Source: Verrucomicrobiota bacterium (lineage in GTDB: Bacteria > Verrucomicrobiota > Verrucomicrobiia > Limisphaerales > UBA11358). From it: a DNA stretch of 52,442 nucleotides. The position numbers and the translations under genes are program-made. Shown here in pieces: positions 1 to 9,814 of this stretch (position 1 is its first letter; every line of letters begins with the position of its first letter). The notes beneath the pieces are model-generated. The model made no database searches, had not been told where the DNA came from, and was given only the letters and a program-made list of their open reading frames with translations. The stretch lies in NCBI GenBank assembly GCA_049521735.1, contig JBEKON010000003.1, positions 1 through 52,442 on the forward strand, in the 5' to 3' direction.

Positions 1-195
1 GAAGCCTTGCGTGAGGCCGAGGCGCGCGCTGCCGCCGGCACCGGCACTCAACTCGACGTGCTCGACGCCCAGACATCGCTCACTCAAGCGCGCACAACGC
101 AGGTGCAGGCGCTGCACGATTATACCGCCGCCTGCGCCAGGCTCGAGCGCGCGATTGGCGAGGACATGGTTCAAACCGCGGCGAATAAACCGTGA
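1..195 (+). CDS. TolC-family outer membrane efflux protein, C-terminal fragment (runs off the window start)
   Basis: Frame is open from base 1; EAEARAAAGTGTQLDVLDAQ...HDY..A.ARLERAIG matches the C-terminal OEP/TolC repeat pattern. Confidence 0.8.
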   Translation, partial: EALREAEARAAAGTGTQLDVLDAQTSLTQARTTQVQALHDYTAACARLERAIGEDMVQTAANKP

Positions 196-240
196 TTTGC
201 CGTTGACGAAACCGGCAGGTCTGGAAGATTTTGTCACGTC

Positions 241-1791
241 ATGGCAAACATTCAACGGGCGTTGCTCTCTGTTTCCGACAAAAGCGGCCTCATTCCGCTG
301 GCGCAAATCCTTGCGACGGCGGGCATCGAACTGATTTCAACCGGTGGCACGGCCAAAATCCTTCGCGACGCGGGATTCAAGGTGAAGGATGTCAGCGAAT
401 ACACCGGTTTTCCTGAAATGCTCGACGGCCGCGTCAAGACGCTGCATCCCAAGGTTCACGGGGGTCTGCTCTTTATTCGCGGGAACGAAAGCCACGAGGC
501 CGCTGTGCAAGCGCACGGGATTAAGCCGATTGATCTGGTCGTCGTGAATCTTTATCCATTCGAACAAACCGTTGCGAAGCCGGATGCAACATTACACGAT
601 GCAATTGAAAACATAGACATTGGCGGACCTTCGATGCTTCGCAGCGCGGCAAAGAATCATGAGAGCGTCACCGTCGTGGTTGACCCGGCGGATTACGCCG
701 AAGTCGCCGCGCAAATCAGTGCGAACGGCAATACGACGCTGGAATTGCGCCGCAAACTGGCCGCAAAAGTGTTCGCGCGGACTGCGGCGTATGATGCCGC
801 CATCGCGTCGCATTTGAATAAAACGTTTGACGTGCGGAGCGCCGGCTTGCCGAACACACTTTTTGTTTATGCACCACTTGTCCAACCGTTGCGTTACGGC
901 GAAAATCCGCATCAAGCCGCCGCACTCTATGGCGGATTTCGCGATTTTTTCCAGCAAATCCACGGCAAGGAACTTTCCTACAACAACATTTTGGACCTGA
1001 CGGCAGCGGCAAATTTGATCACGGAATTTGCGAACGACATGCCGACATTGGCGATTTTGAAACATACAAATCCATGCGGCGTCGGACAGGGCGGAAGTTT
1101 GTGTGAAGCATGGAACAAGGCGTTCGCAACGGACAAACAAGCGCCTTTTGGCGGAATCATCGTGACAAACCGCCCGCTCGATGGCGCGTGCGCCGCAGCC
1201 ATCGCTGAAATTTTCAGCGAGGTTATTATCGCGCCGGATTTTTCCGCAGATGCACTGGCGGCTTTGCAAAAGAAAAAGAACCTGCGTTTGTTGAAAATGT
1301 TGAAATCGCCAACAGCCGGCAGCGAGTTCAATTTGCGGAGCGTCGGCGCAAATTCATTTTTATTGCAGGAGCGTGATTTGAAAACGGCCACGCGCGCGGA
1401 TCTGAAAATCGTCACCCGCCGGCAGCCGACGGACAGTGAATTGCGCGCAATGCTGTTTGGCTGGCGTGTGGTCAAGCACGTGAAATCAAACGCGATTGTT
1501 TATGCAGCGGACGACCGGACGCTGGGCATTGGCGCGGGACAAATGAGCCGCGTGGACGCAAGCCGGATTGCGGTCTGGAAGGCGGGGGAGGCAAAGCTTT
1601 CGCTGAAAGGCAGCGTGATTTGCAGCGACGCGTTTTTCCCGTTCCCCGATGGTTTGATTGCCGCAGCGGAAGCGGGCGCGACGGCGGCAATTCAGCCGGG
1701 CGGTTCGGTGCGCGACGCAGAAGTCACCGCGGCGGCGAACGAGCGGAATATGGCGATGGCATTCACCGGCATCCGCCATTTCCGGCATTAA
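241..1791 (+). CDS. purH: Bifunctional IMP cyclohydrolase / AICAR transformylase
   Basis: [51 protein letters not shown] and C-terminal RHFRH motifs. Confidence 0.98.
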   Translation: MANIQRALLSVSDKSGLIPLAQILATAGIELISTGGTAKILRDAGFKVKDVSEYTGFPEMLDGRVKTLHPKVHGGLLFIRGNESHEAAVQAHGIKPIDLVVVNLYPFEQTVAKPDATLHDAIENIDIGGPSMLRSAAKNHESVTVVVDPADYAEVAAQISANGNTTLELRRKLAAKVFARTAAYDAAIASHLNKTFDVRSAGLPNTLFVYAPLVQPLRYGENPHQAAALYGGFRDFFQQIHGKELSYNNILDLTAAANLITEFANDMPTLAILKHTNPCGVGQGGSLCEAWNKAFATDKQAPFGGIIVTNRPLDGACAAAIAEIFSEVIIAPDFSADALAALQKKKNLRLLKMLKSPTAGSEFNLRSVGANSFLLQERDLKTATRADLKIVTRRQPTDSELRAMLFGWRVVKHVKSNAIVYAADDRTLGIGAGQMSRVDASRIAVWKAGEAKLSLKGSVICSDAFFPFPDGLIAAAEAGATAAIQPGGSVRDAEVTAAANERNMAMAFTGIRHFRH

Positions 1792-2180
1792 TGAATCAGC
1801 TGGTAGATTAGAAAAAGCTCACACAAGACAACCAGGGCCAGAAGCGCCCAAAAGAACCCTTCGCGGAGACACAAGCTGCGCTGTCGAACTGCAGTGAGCC
1901 AAAATTGGAGTTTGGCAGCACCGAGAGTGATGACATCGCCATTGCGGAGCAGAGCGGTTTGCACGGGCTGACTGTTCACGGTGACCAGAGCGTTCGGCGC
2001 TGCCGCGAGGATGACGCCTTGCTGTGGGTTGAATTCAAGCGTCGAATGTTGATCCCAGACACCATCATCATCCAACTGCAAATCATTTCCATGCGCGCGG
2101 CCGATACGAAAAGGAAAACGGCAGGCAACCCATTGATTGCCCGCCTTCCTGCCCGCAAGGATGTGAAGTTGAATCTTCAA
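1788..2180 (-). CDS. FHA-domain protein with C-terminal transmembrane helix
   Basis: FRIGR...NDLQL.D.GV...H...VNSQPV....[13 protein letters not shown] pattern and hydrophobic tail; stop overlaps the purH stop. Confidence 0.8.
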   Translation of the reverse strand: MKIQLHILAGRKAGNQWVACRFPFRIGRAHGNDLQLDDDGVWDQHSTLEFNPQQGVILAAAPNALVTVNSQPVQTALLRNGDVITLGAAKLQFWLTAVRQRSLCLREGFFWALLALVVLCELFLIYQLIH

Positions 2181-2833
2181 AAGAAGCTGCGCGGCACTTG
2201 GATTTGGTCGCCGGGATAAACAGGCGGGTCCAAAGACGGGTTTTCAAGGGCTTTATTGCAGTTGACCTTGATGCGTTTCCCATTGGCGCGGACAAGCCAC
2301 ACCTTGCCTCGGTTCGCGAAATCAGTGAAATCACCGGCGGATTGAATGGCTCTGGTTACGGTGGTTTCGCCTACATAAAGTTGGCGGCCGGGTTGCTTGA
2401 CTTCGCCGCCAACGTAATAAACGCGGTCGTCTGATTTCACGGTCACAGTAAGCCGGACATAGTATTTGGGCACGTAAAGGTTGAGGATTTCATTCTGCAG
2501 TTGACCGGTCGTCTTGCCCGCCGCCTGAACCGCGCCAATGTAGGGAAGCGTGATGGTGCCGTCTTCTTTGATGGGCTCCGAATGTTCGGGGATTTGATCG
2601 ACTGTGCCCGTGAGATCCACAATCACAGTTTCGCCCACGTGTAAACCGTTGGCGGCTGGATTACCAGATGTCGAACCCTCCGGCAATGGCCCGGCCAAAG
2701 AAAGCGGCGGTTTAGGTTTGTTGGAAGCCAATGACCGGTCTGAGGACGATGAACAGCCGCCGAGCACAAGCCCAAACAGCAAAAGCCCGCATGCGCACCA
2801 TTCCAAACACAACGGTCTGCAAAACAGTTTCAT
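2177..2833 (-). CDS. Polysaccharide export OPX (Wza-like) lipoprotein, short Poly_export + SLBB form
   Basis: Lipobox LVLGGC, DGTITLPYIG.V.AAGKT, YYVGGEVKQPG, PGDQI.VP; ATG 2833 preferred to 2914, which overlaps the upstream gene. Confidence 0.88.
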   Translation of the reverse strand: MKLFCRPLCLEWCACGLLLFGLVLGGCSSSSDRSLASNKPKPPLSLAGPLPEGSTSGNPAANGLHVGETVIVDLTGTVDQIPEHSEPIKEDGTITLPYIGAVQAAGKTTGQLQNEILNLYVPKYYVRLTVTVKSDDRVYYVGGEVKQPGRQLYVGETTVTRAIQSAGDFTDFANRGKVWLVRANGKRIKVNCNKALENPSLDPPVYPGDQIQVPRSFF

Positions 2834-2867
2834 GTGAACACCAATCCTTGCCAAATTCGCCGCAGAA

Positions 2868-5015
2868 TCAATACTTTTGTTTGATCCCGGCCTCATCGGA
2901 TTCTCCGGGAACATTTTGGGCTGGCGTTTCCTGTTTATCTTCGTTGCGCGAATAGTAGTAGTAATAACCCTCGTCGTGCGACATGGTGATATTGTTGAGG
3001 ACGATGCCGATCAGATTACCACCCGCCTTCTCGACCAACTGTTTGACGCGCATGTTCATCTGTTGTGGGTAACGGCGGTATTGTATGACTTGTACGGCCA
3101 TGTCCACTTCGCTGGCCAGTATGGCGGCATCACTCACGCCTAGGATTGGAGGTGAGTCGAAAAACACGAAATCATAGCGCCGTTTCAATTCCGCAATTAA
3201 ATCCTTCATCTGCGGCGAATTGAGAATGCTCATGGAACTGCTTGGTAATTTGCCACTGGCCATGAAATCAAGCATCGTCACACTGGTGGTTTGAATGACT
3301 TCTTCAAGTGTGTTTTGTTTCAGCAAATAATTGGTCAGGCCGATGTTATTGCTGACGCGGAGCAAGTTGTGGAGGGTGGGGCGGCGCAGATCCGAGTCCA
3401 CGATCAAAATACGCTGGCCAGCTTGAGCAAAGACTGTAGCCAAATTGAGGGCGGTGATGGATCTGCCTTCGCCCATACCGGCACTGATGGTGACAATCGT
3501 ATTGAGCTTGTCATCCTTGCGAGAAAACAAAAGATGGGTTCGCAAGATGCGATAAACCTCGGCATGTTGGCTCTCGGGGCCTTCGTCCAGCAGACAACCA
3601 ACGTTCTGGGGAATCACACCAAGCACTGGCGCTTGAAACACGCGCTCGATTTCATCAATGGTTTTGACGCTGGTGTCGAGATATTCGATGAAGAAAGCCA
3701 GAGCGATGCCAAGCACCAAACCGCCGACAATGCCGAGAGTGATGTTCAGTTTTTTATTTGGAGAAATGGGATTTTTAGCCGGTTCGGCCTGGCGGATGAT
3801 TTCCACCATCGCCGTTCTTGGAATTTCCAAGTCGAGCTTCTCCGCTTCAATTTTCGCGGCGAGCAACTTATGGAATTCCAGCATGTTCTCAAATTTGCGC
3901 TTTTCCTCCCAGTAAGGCTGTCCTCTCGAGGCTTCCTCCTGATCTTTCTGTTTGGCTTCGTCAACCGCGTCGGTGAGCGCATCAAGCGCGGCCTTCTCGG
4001 ATTTCACCTGGCTGCCAAGGCCAGCCATGATGCCGCTGACCCGGTCATCAATCTGAAGATTCAACTCGTCAAGCAAGGATTGCACACGGGTGACATCCGG
4101 GTTTGCAAGCGAATAATCATTCGTCAAAGTGACGAATTTCTGCTGGGCTTCATGCAGTTTGCTCAACAAATCAGAAAGCGCAGTATCAGGAACAGTCGTG
4201 GGCAAAACCTCCCTCAATTTTTCCGGGCTTAATGGTTGCAGTTCGGTCAACTGTTTTTCATACTTCATGTAGCGCGCCTCGCCTTCGATCATCAAGTTGT
4301 TGTAGTTGTGCAGTTGCTCCGAGGTCAGCGTGGGGGTGGGGCTGGTGGCATTGGGATCGTAGTCGTGAATGCGCAGTTCCTTGCGCAATTGATCCACTTT
4401 CTGCTCGACGACATCCAGCTGCTGTTCGTCTGCTTGATACTGGTCTTCAAAAGCCTTGATGCCGCGCAGCGATTGTTCCTTGCGCAGGTTGATCCGGTAA
4501 TCGCGATAGGCTTCGGTGGTGGCATTGGCAATGCGGGCCGTCAAATCGCCGTCCTCGTCGCGCACGGTGATTTCGATCAATTTAGTGTTGCGAATGGGGT
4601 TGAGAGACATTCGCCCTTTGAGCATCTCCATTGTGATGGAGGTCTCAAGTGGCACACCGCCGTTATATTTCCTGCCCCACACAACATTCAAATTGAGCTT
4701 TTCGATGACCTTGCTGAGGACAACTTGGTCATGAATGATTTCAAATGCAGTCTGAATGAAATACGGATCGTATGGGGCATATGTGACATCGCCTGTTCCA
4801 ACTCCTTGAACGTCTGAAATGATATCAGGTTCGATCTTGATTCGCGCGGTGCTGGCGTAGGACGGCCGCAGAATGAACGTTACCACCGTAGCGACGGTAA
4901 GGGTAATCAAAAAAACGGTAATGACAATGGTTTTGCGGGTGCGCAGGATGCGCCAATAGTCCAGGAAGTGCAGCATGGTTTCCTGTTGCGGCGGCTGATT
5001 TTGTAATGAATCCAT
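2868..5015 (-). CDS. Wzc/GumC-like polysaccharide co-polymerase with BY-kinase domain
   Basis: Two TM helices around a coiled-coil region, Walker A-like GEGRS, IVDSDLRRP, FFDSPP and a C-terminal YYYYY cluster; ATG 5015 preferred. Confidence 0.92.
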   Translation of the reverse strand: MDSLQNQPPQQETMLHFLDYWRILRTRKTIVITVFLITLTVATVVTFILRPSYASTARIKIEPDIISDVQGVGTGDVTYAPYDPYFIQTAFEIIHDQVVLSKVIEKLNLNVVWGRKYNGGVPLETSITMEMLKGRMSLNPIRNTKLIEITVRDEDGDLTARIANATTEAYRDYRINLRKEQSLRGIKAFEDQYQADEQQLDVVEQKVDQLRKELRIHDYDPNATSPTPTLTSEQLHNYNNLMIEGEARYMKYEKQLTELQPLSPEKLREVLPTTVPDTALSDLLSKLHEAQQKFVTLTNDYSLANPDVTRVQSLLDELNLQIDDRVSGIMAGLGSQVKSEKAALDALTDAVDEAKQKDQEEASRGQPYWEEKRKFENMLEFHKLLAAKIEAEKLDLEIPRTAMVEIIRQAEPAKNPISPNKKLNITLGIVGGLVLGIALAFFIEYLDTSVKTIDEIERVFQAPVLGVIPQNVGCLLDEGPESQHAEVYRILRTHLLFSRKDDKLNTIVTISAGMGEGRSITALNLATVFAQAGQRILIVDSDLRRPTLHNLLRVSNNIGLTNYLLKQNTLEEVIQTTSVTMLDFMASGKLPSSSMSILNSPQMKDLIAELKRRYDFVFFDSPPILGVSDAAILASEVDMAVQVIQYRRYPQQMNMRVKQLVEKAGGNLIGIVLNNITMSHDEGYYYYYSRNEDKQETPAQNVPGESDEAGIKQKY

Positions 5016-5150
5016 ATGTCGGAAAACAATAATGGAAGCCATGCCATTGACCCGGCTCCCGTCCAAACGTTCAAAACAATTTGCGGAGTATGTAGTTAGC
5101 GCAAATAGCGGTGATGCTGTGCGGATTGTTGCCCGGAAAGGGGCAAGACC

Positions 5151-5348
5151 TCACTGGCTCTCCGCTATCTCGATTTTGCTGCTCTCCGCTATCTCGATTA
5201 TTTGTCGCCTCAAAAGGTCAAGCTCTCTCTGCGTCTCGCCATTTTGAAGTTGCAACTCCGCAATTGTGTTATCATGGGCCTCATTTGCTTTCTCAAGCTC
5301 CGCAACTCGGTTACGGAGTTCCGCTGCCATTTTTTGGTCTTCATTCAT
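5151..5348 (-). CDS. Small coiled-coil hypothetical protein (65 aa)
   Basis: ATG start, heptad-like E/L/Q/R-rich sequence, same strand as neighbours, followed by hairpin TTGCCC-GGAAAG-GGGCAA (5129-5146). Confidence 0.5.
   Translation of the reverse strand: MNEDQKMAAELRNRVAELEKANEAHDNTIAELQLQNGETQRELDLLRRQIIEIAESSKIEIAESQ
5157..5199. repeat. 19-bp direct repeat GCTCTCCGCTATCTCGATT at 24-bp spacing
   Basis: Copies at 5157-5175 and 5181-5199; encodes a duplicated IEIAES in the small ORF. Confidence 0.85.
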
Positions 5349-5647
5349 AATGTCGCTTCAGCCTTTTGCCAGCAAAAACGATGCCACCCAGAACGCGCCG
5401 GCAACAAACTAAGCCTCTATTACCCAGATATATGCGTCGTTGTCCCCGGTTTAGTTCTTGGTTTCTTTGAATGCCTTAAAGCACCGTCCTTTCTTGTTAT
5501 GGAACAATCACCCCATTATCCAGCTTGGCTTTTGGATGGTTTAGCTGGATTTTGGCCGCAGCGGGCACGTTAATGTTGATTTTTGCCTAAAAATAACGCG
5601 GTTTGCGTTAAATACATACTCCCGACAATTTGGTTTAACACGGCTGG

Positions 5648-7003
5648 CTAATAGGCGGCTGAAACTCCCAAATAAATGCGGTTGCGCGTGTAACCGTTTC
5701 CTGAAATTTGAGAGACACTGTTTCCTACAGCTTGAGAAACAACATCATCAAAATTATAGCCGGCCTCAACTGAAAAATGCCGGTTGAAACTATACGACAG
5801 GTTCACACCCAAACTATAGTAATCACTCGCCTGATTGTTGTAAAGGCCCCCGTTGTACACCGCGTGTTGCCAGCGCCCAATGACTGAGCCCAGCAGCTTG
5901 GATGTCAATTGGTGGTTGATGGAAGCGTAAACCGTGGAACTTTCCTGGCTCTGCGTAATACGCCCTTTGGCGTCCGGCGTAATCTCGTCCGTTGCGCTCT
6001 GCGATTCCGTGAAACCAATCTGCGCATAGCCGCCGTGAGCATAGGTGTAGGTTGCCGACATGACTGCATAAGGAGCCAGCGATGGCAAGCTAAGCGGATC
6101 ATTGTAATTCACCGTATATTGAAAGCCGCCCTGTGCGTTCATAGACAGATTCGGCAGAAAGGCGTGTCGAAAACCAAGATAGCCGATGTAGGAACGACTA
6201 TTGCGGCTGTCGCTGAAATAAATGATGTTGGCGGATGGAAACGCCGTAGCCACAGGTTCATTTCCTGTGTAATTCACCAGCCCAAAGTTGCCACCAACCA
6301 GGACCATGGTTTCCGGCCGGACCTGCCATTGCAAATCCAGCCACACTGATTGTTCAATCCGATTCAGCAAGCCGGCAAGGCTGGCGTTTACTGAGGTTGC
6401 GACAAAAACGGGAGGAGTAGATGGGAATGTAAAGCCATTAACCACCGCACCGCTGTTTTCGTAATCGTAAAATGTGTTTTGATAGCCCAACACGGTGCTG
6501 AACAGCCGCGTCCAAATCGTGTTCAGAGTTAGGCTGCCCATGTTGCTGATGTTATTTCCCTCGATGCGGGTAGTCACAGAGGTATTGCGATCAATCAATT
6601 CCGGCTCCTGCCCCACGACGAATGAATCCTGCACTTTTACCTGCCAGCGTTCGGTGAATACGTGATCCACCCACAAATCAAACTGGTGCGTCTGGTCAAC
6701 CGGATTCTCGCCGAGGGTCTTCCGATCCTGATAATAATACAAACCGTAAGTGTAGCGCAGTCCAAATTCCGTTTGTTGAAGCGGCACATTCAGGCTGAAA
6801 GCAGGACTGACTTCAAATCCGAAACTGCCGCGTTTGCTTGGCCCCGCCGGCGCGGTGTTGTAGTTATCGTCGTAGAAACCGCGCAAGGTGCCTGACAGGC
6901 TCCACATGGAAGCCGACGTGGAATCCCAGTCAGGGGCATAGGCAGCCTGAAGGCTGGCCGTCCCAGCAGCAATGAGCCCCACAGAGACAAAAAACTTCCT
7001 CAT
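5648..7003 (-). CDS. Outer-membrane beta-barrel protein (polysaccharide-export associated, BBP2-like)
   Basis: Signal peptide, many alternating aromatic beta-strands, C-terminal YTRNRIYLGVSAAY beta-signal; upstream of the Wzc/OPX genes. Confidence 0.8.
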   Translation of the reverse strand: MRKFFVSVGLIAAGTASLQAAYAPDWDSTSASMWSLSGTLRGFYDDNYNTAPAGPSKRGSFGFEVSPAFSLNVPLQQTEFGLRYTYGLYYYQDRKTLGENPVDQTHQFDLWVDHVFTERWQVKVQDSFVVGQEPELIDRNTSVTTRIEGNNISNMGSLTLNTIWTRLFSTVLGYQNTFYDYENSGAVVNGFTFPSTPPVFVATSVNASLAGLLNRIEQSVWLDLQWQVRPETMVLVGGNFGLVNYTGNEPVATAFPSANIIYFSDSRNSRSYIGYLGFRHAFLPNLSMNAQGGFQYTVNYNDPLSLPSLAPYAVMSATYTYAHGGYAQIGFTESQSATDEITPDAKGRITQSQESSTVYASINHQLTSKLLGSVIGRWQHAVYNGGLYNNQASDYYSLGVNLSYSFNRHFSVEAGYNFDDVVSQAVGNSVSQISGNGYTRNRIYLGVSAAY

Positions 7004-7152
7004 AATATGCTTTTCTTCACGTTGCTGCTTGAAAACACCGGACGGCCAACGAACACAGAAACAACCGATGACTACGGCGGAAGTATCGACAAGATGAAAA
7101 TTCTGTCAAACCCATTTCCAATTTTTCAATTCAAAAAATCCCGCTGATTCGC

Positions 7153-8913
7153 TTAAAATCCTTTGTCTTCAAGCCGTTTGGACTTTAACTCCTTCAACAA
7201 CACCTTCAATGACGACGCATTTACCACATCCACTTTCTCCAACCAGCCTTTTCGCCCAATCCCCGCGCCCAACCGAAGAAAACCCGCGTGCTCATTCCGA
7301 TGCGCGTCTGGATTAATGACGCACTTGACACCTTTGCTTTTCGCGTAAGGCCAAAGCCGCCAGTCCAAATCGAACCGATGCGGATTGCAATTCAGTTCAA
7401 TCCACGTGCCCATTTCCGCGCACACGTCAATCACTGCCTGCGCATTGACAGGATATGCCTCCCGCTCGAGCAACAGCCGGCCTGTCATATGACCAATCAT
7501 GTGAACGAACGGATTCTGTGCCGCGCGAATCAACCGTTTTGTGTTTTCCGCCTCGTTGTTGGACGGAACATGCAGACTGGCGACCACCACGTCCAGTTCC
7601 GCGAGCAGGTCGTCGTCGAAATCCAGCCGGTCGCGTAAAATGTCCACTTCGATGCCCGTGAGCAACCGGAACTCACCACCGCGCCTGGCAAGTTGTCCGT
7701 TGATTTTTTTGATTTCCTTGATTTGCTCACGAACCCGCTTCACATCGAGACCGTTCGCCTGAAACGACGATTTTGAATGGTCGGTAATGGCCCAGTATTC
7801 AAGGCCGAGTTCCTCCATGTAATCGGCGATTTCGCCCAATTGATTATGCCCGTCGCTCCAGGTCGAATGGCCATGCAACGCGCCCCGCAAATCCGTCCAT
7901 TCAATGAGTTGTGGCAGTGCATTTTTTTCGCCAGCGGCAAATTCGCCGTGGTCTTCGCGTAATTCCGGCGGGACAAACGGCAAGTCGAGCTTCGCAAAAA
8001 TTTCTTCTTCATCCCGGCATGGCACGAGCAATTTCGGGTCGCGGGTTTCTTCCTTTGACTTGAACAGCCCATATTCATTCAACCGCAAACCGCGCTGGAT
8101 CGCACGCTGGCGCATGACGATATTGTGTTCCTTGCTGCCGGTGAAATACGCGAGCGCGAACGGAAATTCCTTGTCGCTCACCACGCGCAGGTCGCATTGA
8201 ATGCCGCCTTCCAAAATCACACTTGCCTTCGTTTCGCCTTTCGCCGTCACCTTGATGATTCCGGGTTGCAAAACGAAAAATTCAATCGCTTCCACCGGTT
8301 TTTTTGACGACGCGAGCAAATCAATGTCACCAATGACTTCCCTGAACCGCCGCAAGCTGCCCGCCGCGCTGCAGCGAATCACTCCGGGATGCTCGCGCAG
8401 GCTTTCCAGCAATGGCTCCGCGGCAGCCAGCGTGTCGCTCAATAAATGTTTGGAAGCGTAAGTCCGCCGACGCTCAATGCCTTCAAGAAGGTTGGCCTGT
8501 GTCTTTTCGCCGAAGCCGTCGAGTTCCGCAACTTTGCCTGCCTTGCACGCGGCTTCAAGTTTCCCGACCGAATCCACGCCGAGTTTTTTGTTGAGCGCCT
8601 GGATTTTCCTGGGTCCGAGTCCGGAAATTTCCAGCATCGCAATCAGGCCCGGTGGAATCGAAGCTTTCAGTTCGTCGTAGTAGGCAAGTTTGCCGGTTTC
8701 GACCAGCTCGGTGATTTTCTTTTCCAGCGCCTCGCCGATGCCCTTGATTTCGCCCAGCCGTTTTTCAGCGACGATTTTTGCCAGCGGCTCGCTCAAGCCT
8801 TCAATCGTGCGCGCGGCATTCATGTAGGCGCGCGTCTTGAAAGGATTTTCGCCCTTCAGTTCGAGCAACGTCCCGATCTCGACCAGGATTTCCGCAACTT
8901 GGTCCTTGTCCAT
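7153..8913 (-). CDS. polX: DNA polymerase X with PHP domain
   Basis: GENPFKTRAY, HhH motifs, AGSLRR...GDIDLL, FTGSKEHN, PHP motifs HGHSTWSDG, ITDHS, NPDAH. Confidence 0.95.
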   Translation of the reverse strand: MDKDQVAEILVEIGTLLELKGENPFKTRAYMNAARTIEGLSEPLAKIVAEKRLGEIKGIGEALEKKITELVETGKLAYYDELKASIPPGLIAMLEISGLGPRKIQALNKKLGVDSVGKLEAACKAGKVAELDGFGEKTQANLLEGIERRRTYASKHLLSDTLAAAEPLLESLREHPGVIRCSAAGSLRRFREVIGDIDLLASSKKPVEAIEFFVLQPGIIKVTAKGETKASVILEGGIQCDLRVVSDKEFPFALAYFTGSKEHNIVMRQRAIQRGLRLNEYGLFKSKEETRDPKLLVPCRDEEEIFAKLDLPFVPPELREDHGEFAAGEKNALPQLIEWTDLRGALHGHSTWSDGHNQLGEIADYMEELGLEYWAITDHSKSSFQANGLDVKRVREQIKEIKKINGQLARRGGEFRLLTGIEVDILRDRLDFDDDLLAELDVVVASLHVPSNNEAENTKRLIRAAQNPFVHMIGHMTGRLLLEREAYPVNAQAVIDVCAEMGTWIELNCNPHRFDLDWRLWPYAKSKGVKCVINPDAHRNEHAGFLRLGAGIGRKGWLEKVDVVNASSLKVLLKELKSKRLEDKGF

Positions 8914-8936
8914 GCCGCTAATCTACGCGGTCAGCG

Positions 8937-8999
8937 GTGATTTGTGAATGGCGAAGGCGCGCACAATTCACTATTCACCATTCACGATTCACGATTTAA
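8937..8999. repeat. Inverted heptamer arrays between divergent polX and thiD
   Basis: GTGATTT GTGAATG GCGAAGG facing AATTCAC TATTCAC CATTCAC GATTCAC GATTTAA. Confidence 0.8.
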
Positions 9000-9006
9000 T
9001 TGCGCC

Positions 9007-9801
9007 ATGCCGAAGCGGAAACAATTACCCGTCGCGCTGACCATCGCCGGCTCGGATAGTGGCGGCGGCGCGGGCATTCAGGCCGACTTGAAAACGTTCG
9101 CCGCGCTTGGCGTGCATGGCGCAAGCGTCATCACTTGTGTGACCGCGCAAAATCCAAATCGCGTTCGCAATATCGAATCGTGCTCACCCAAAATCGTGCG
9201 GCAACAAATCGAAACCGTGTTTGAAGAATTGCGACCGGGGGCGGTGAAAACCGGCATGCTGTTTTCTGCTGAAATTGTCCGTGTTGTCGCCAGTTTTTTC
9301 AAAAAAAGGGATCGCCTGCCGCTCATTATTGATCCGGTGATGATTTCAACCAGCGGCGCAATGTTGCTGAAGCCGGCGGCAATTAAACTTTTGAGGGAAC
9401 ACCTGCTGCCACTTGCTGCGCTGGTCACGCCCAATTTGCACGAGGCCGGAATTTTGACCGGACGTAAAATGACATCCATCGAAAATATGCGCGCCGCCGC
9501 CCGTGAGATTCACGCGCATTTTGGATGCGCGGCGCTGGTGAAGGGCGGTCATTTGCGTGGAGGGTGTGAGGCGGTGGACATTTTTTTTGATGGCCGGACG
9601 GAATTGCTGTTAACCGCGCCATTTGTGAAAAGAGTCCACCCGCACGGCACCGGTTGTGTGTATTCAGCGGCTATCACGGCGGAGCTTGCGTTGGGGCATG
9701 ATTTGTCTGATGCGGTAAAACTTGCCAAACACTACGTCACTCACGCCATCGCGCGAAGCTATCGCATCGGGCAACATTTTGCGCTCGGACATTTTGCTTG
9801 A
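9007..9801 (+). CDS. thiD: Hydroxymethylpyrimidine/phosphomethylpyrimidine kinase
   Basis: ALTIAGSDSGGGAGIQADLKT, VKTGML, DPVM, TPN, KGGH, HGTGC; ATG 9007 preferred. Confidence 0.96.
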   Translation: MPKRKQLPVALTIAGSDSGGGAGIQADLKTFAALGVHGASVITCVTAQNPNRVRNIESCSPKIVRQQIETVFEELRPGAVKTGMLFSAEIVRVVASFFKKRDRLPLIIDPVMISTSGAMLLKPAAIKLLREHLLPLAALVTPNLHEAGILTGRKMTSIENMRAAAREIHAHFGCAALVKGGHLRGGCEAVDIFFDGRTELLLTAPFVKRVHPHGTGCVYSAAITAELALGHDLSDAVKLAKHYVTHAIARSYRIGQHFALGHFA

Positions 9802-9814
9802 GCGCGCGAAATTT

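Noticed and set aside
7153-8913. PolX PHP domain as the missing Wzc phosphatase
   Set aside because: Ordinary PolX-PHP fusion; only adjacency supports the idea
8944-9006. N-terminal extensions in the ORF track (thiD; also clpP, asd, exbD, second permease)
   Set aside because: They run through repeats, promoters or neighbouring genes; downstream starts match the family N-termini
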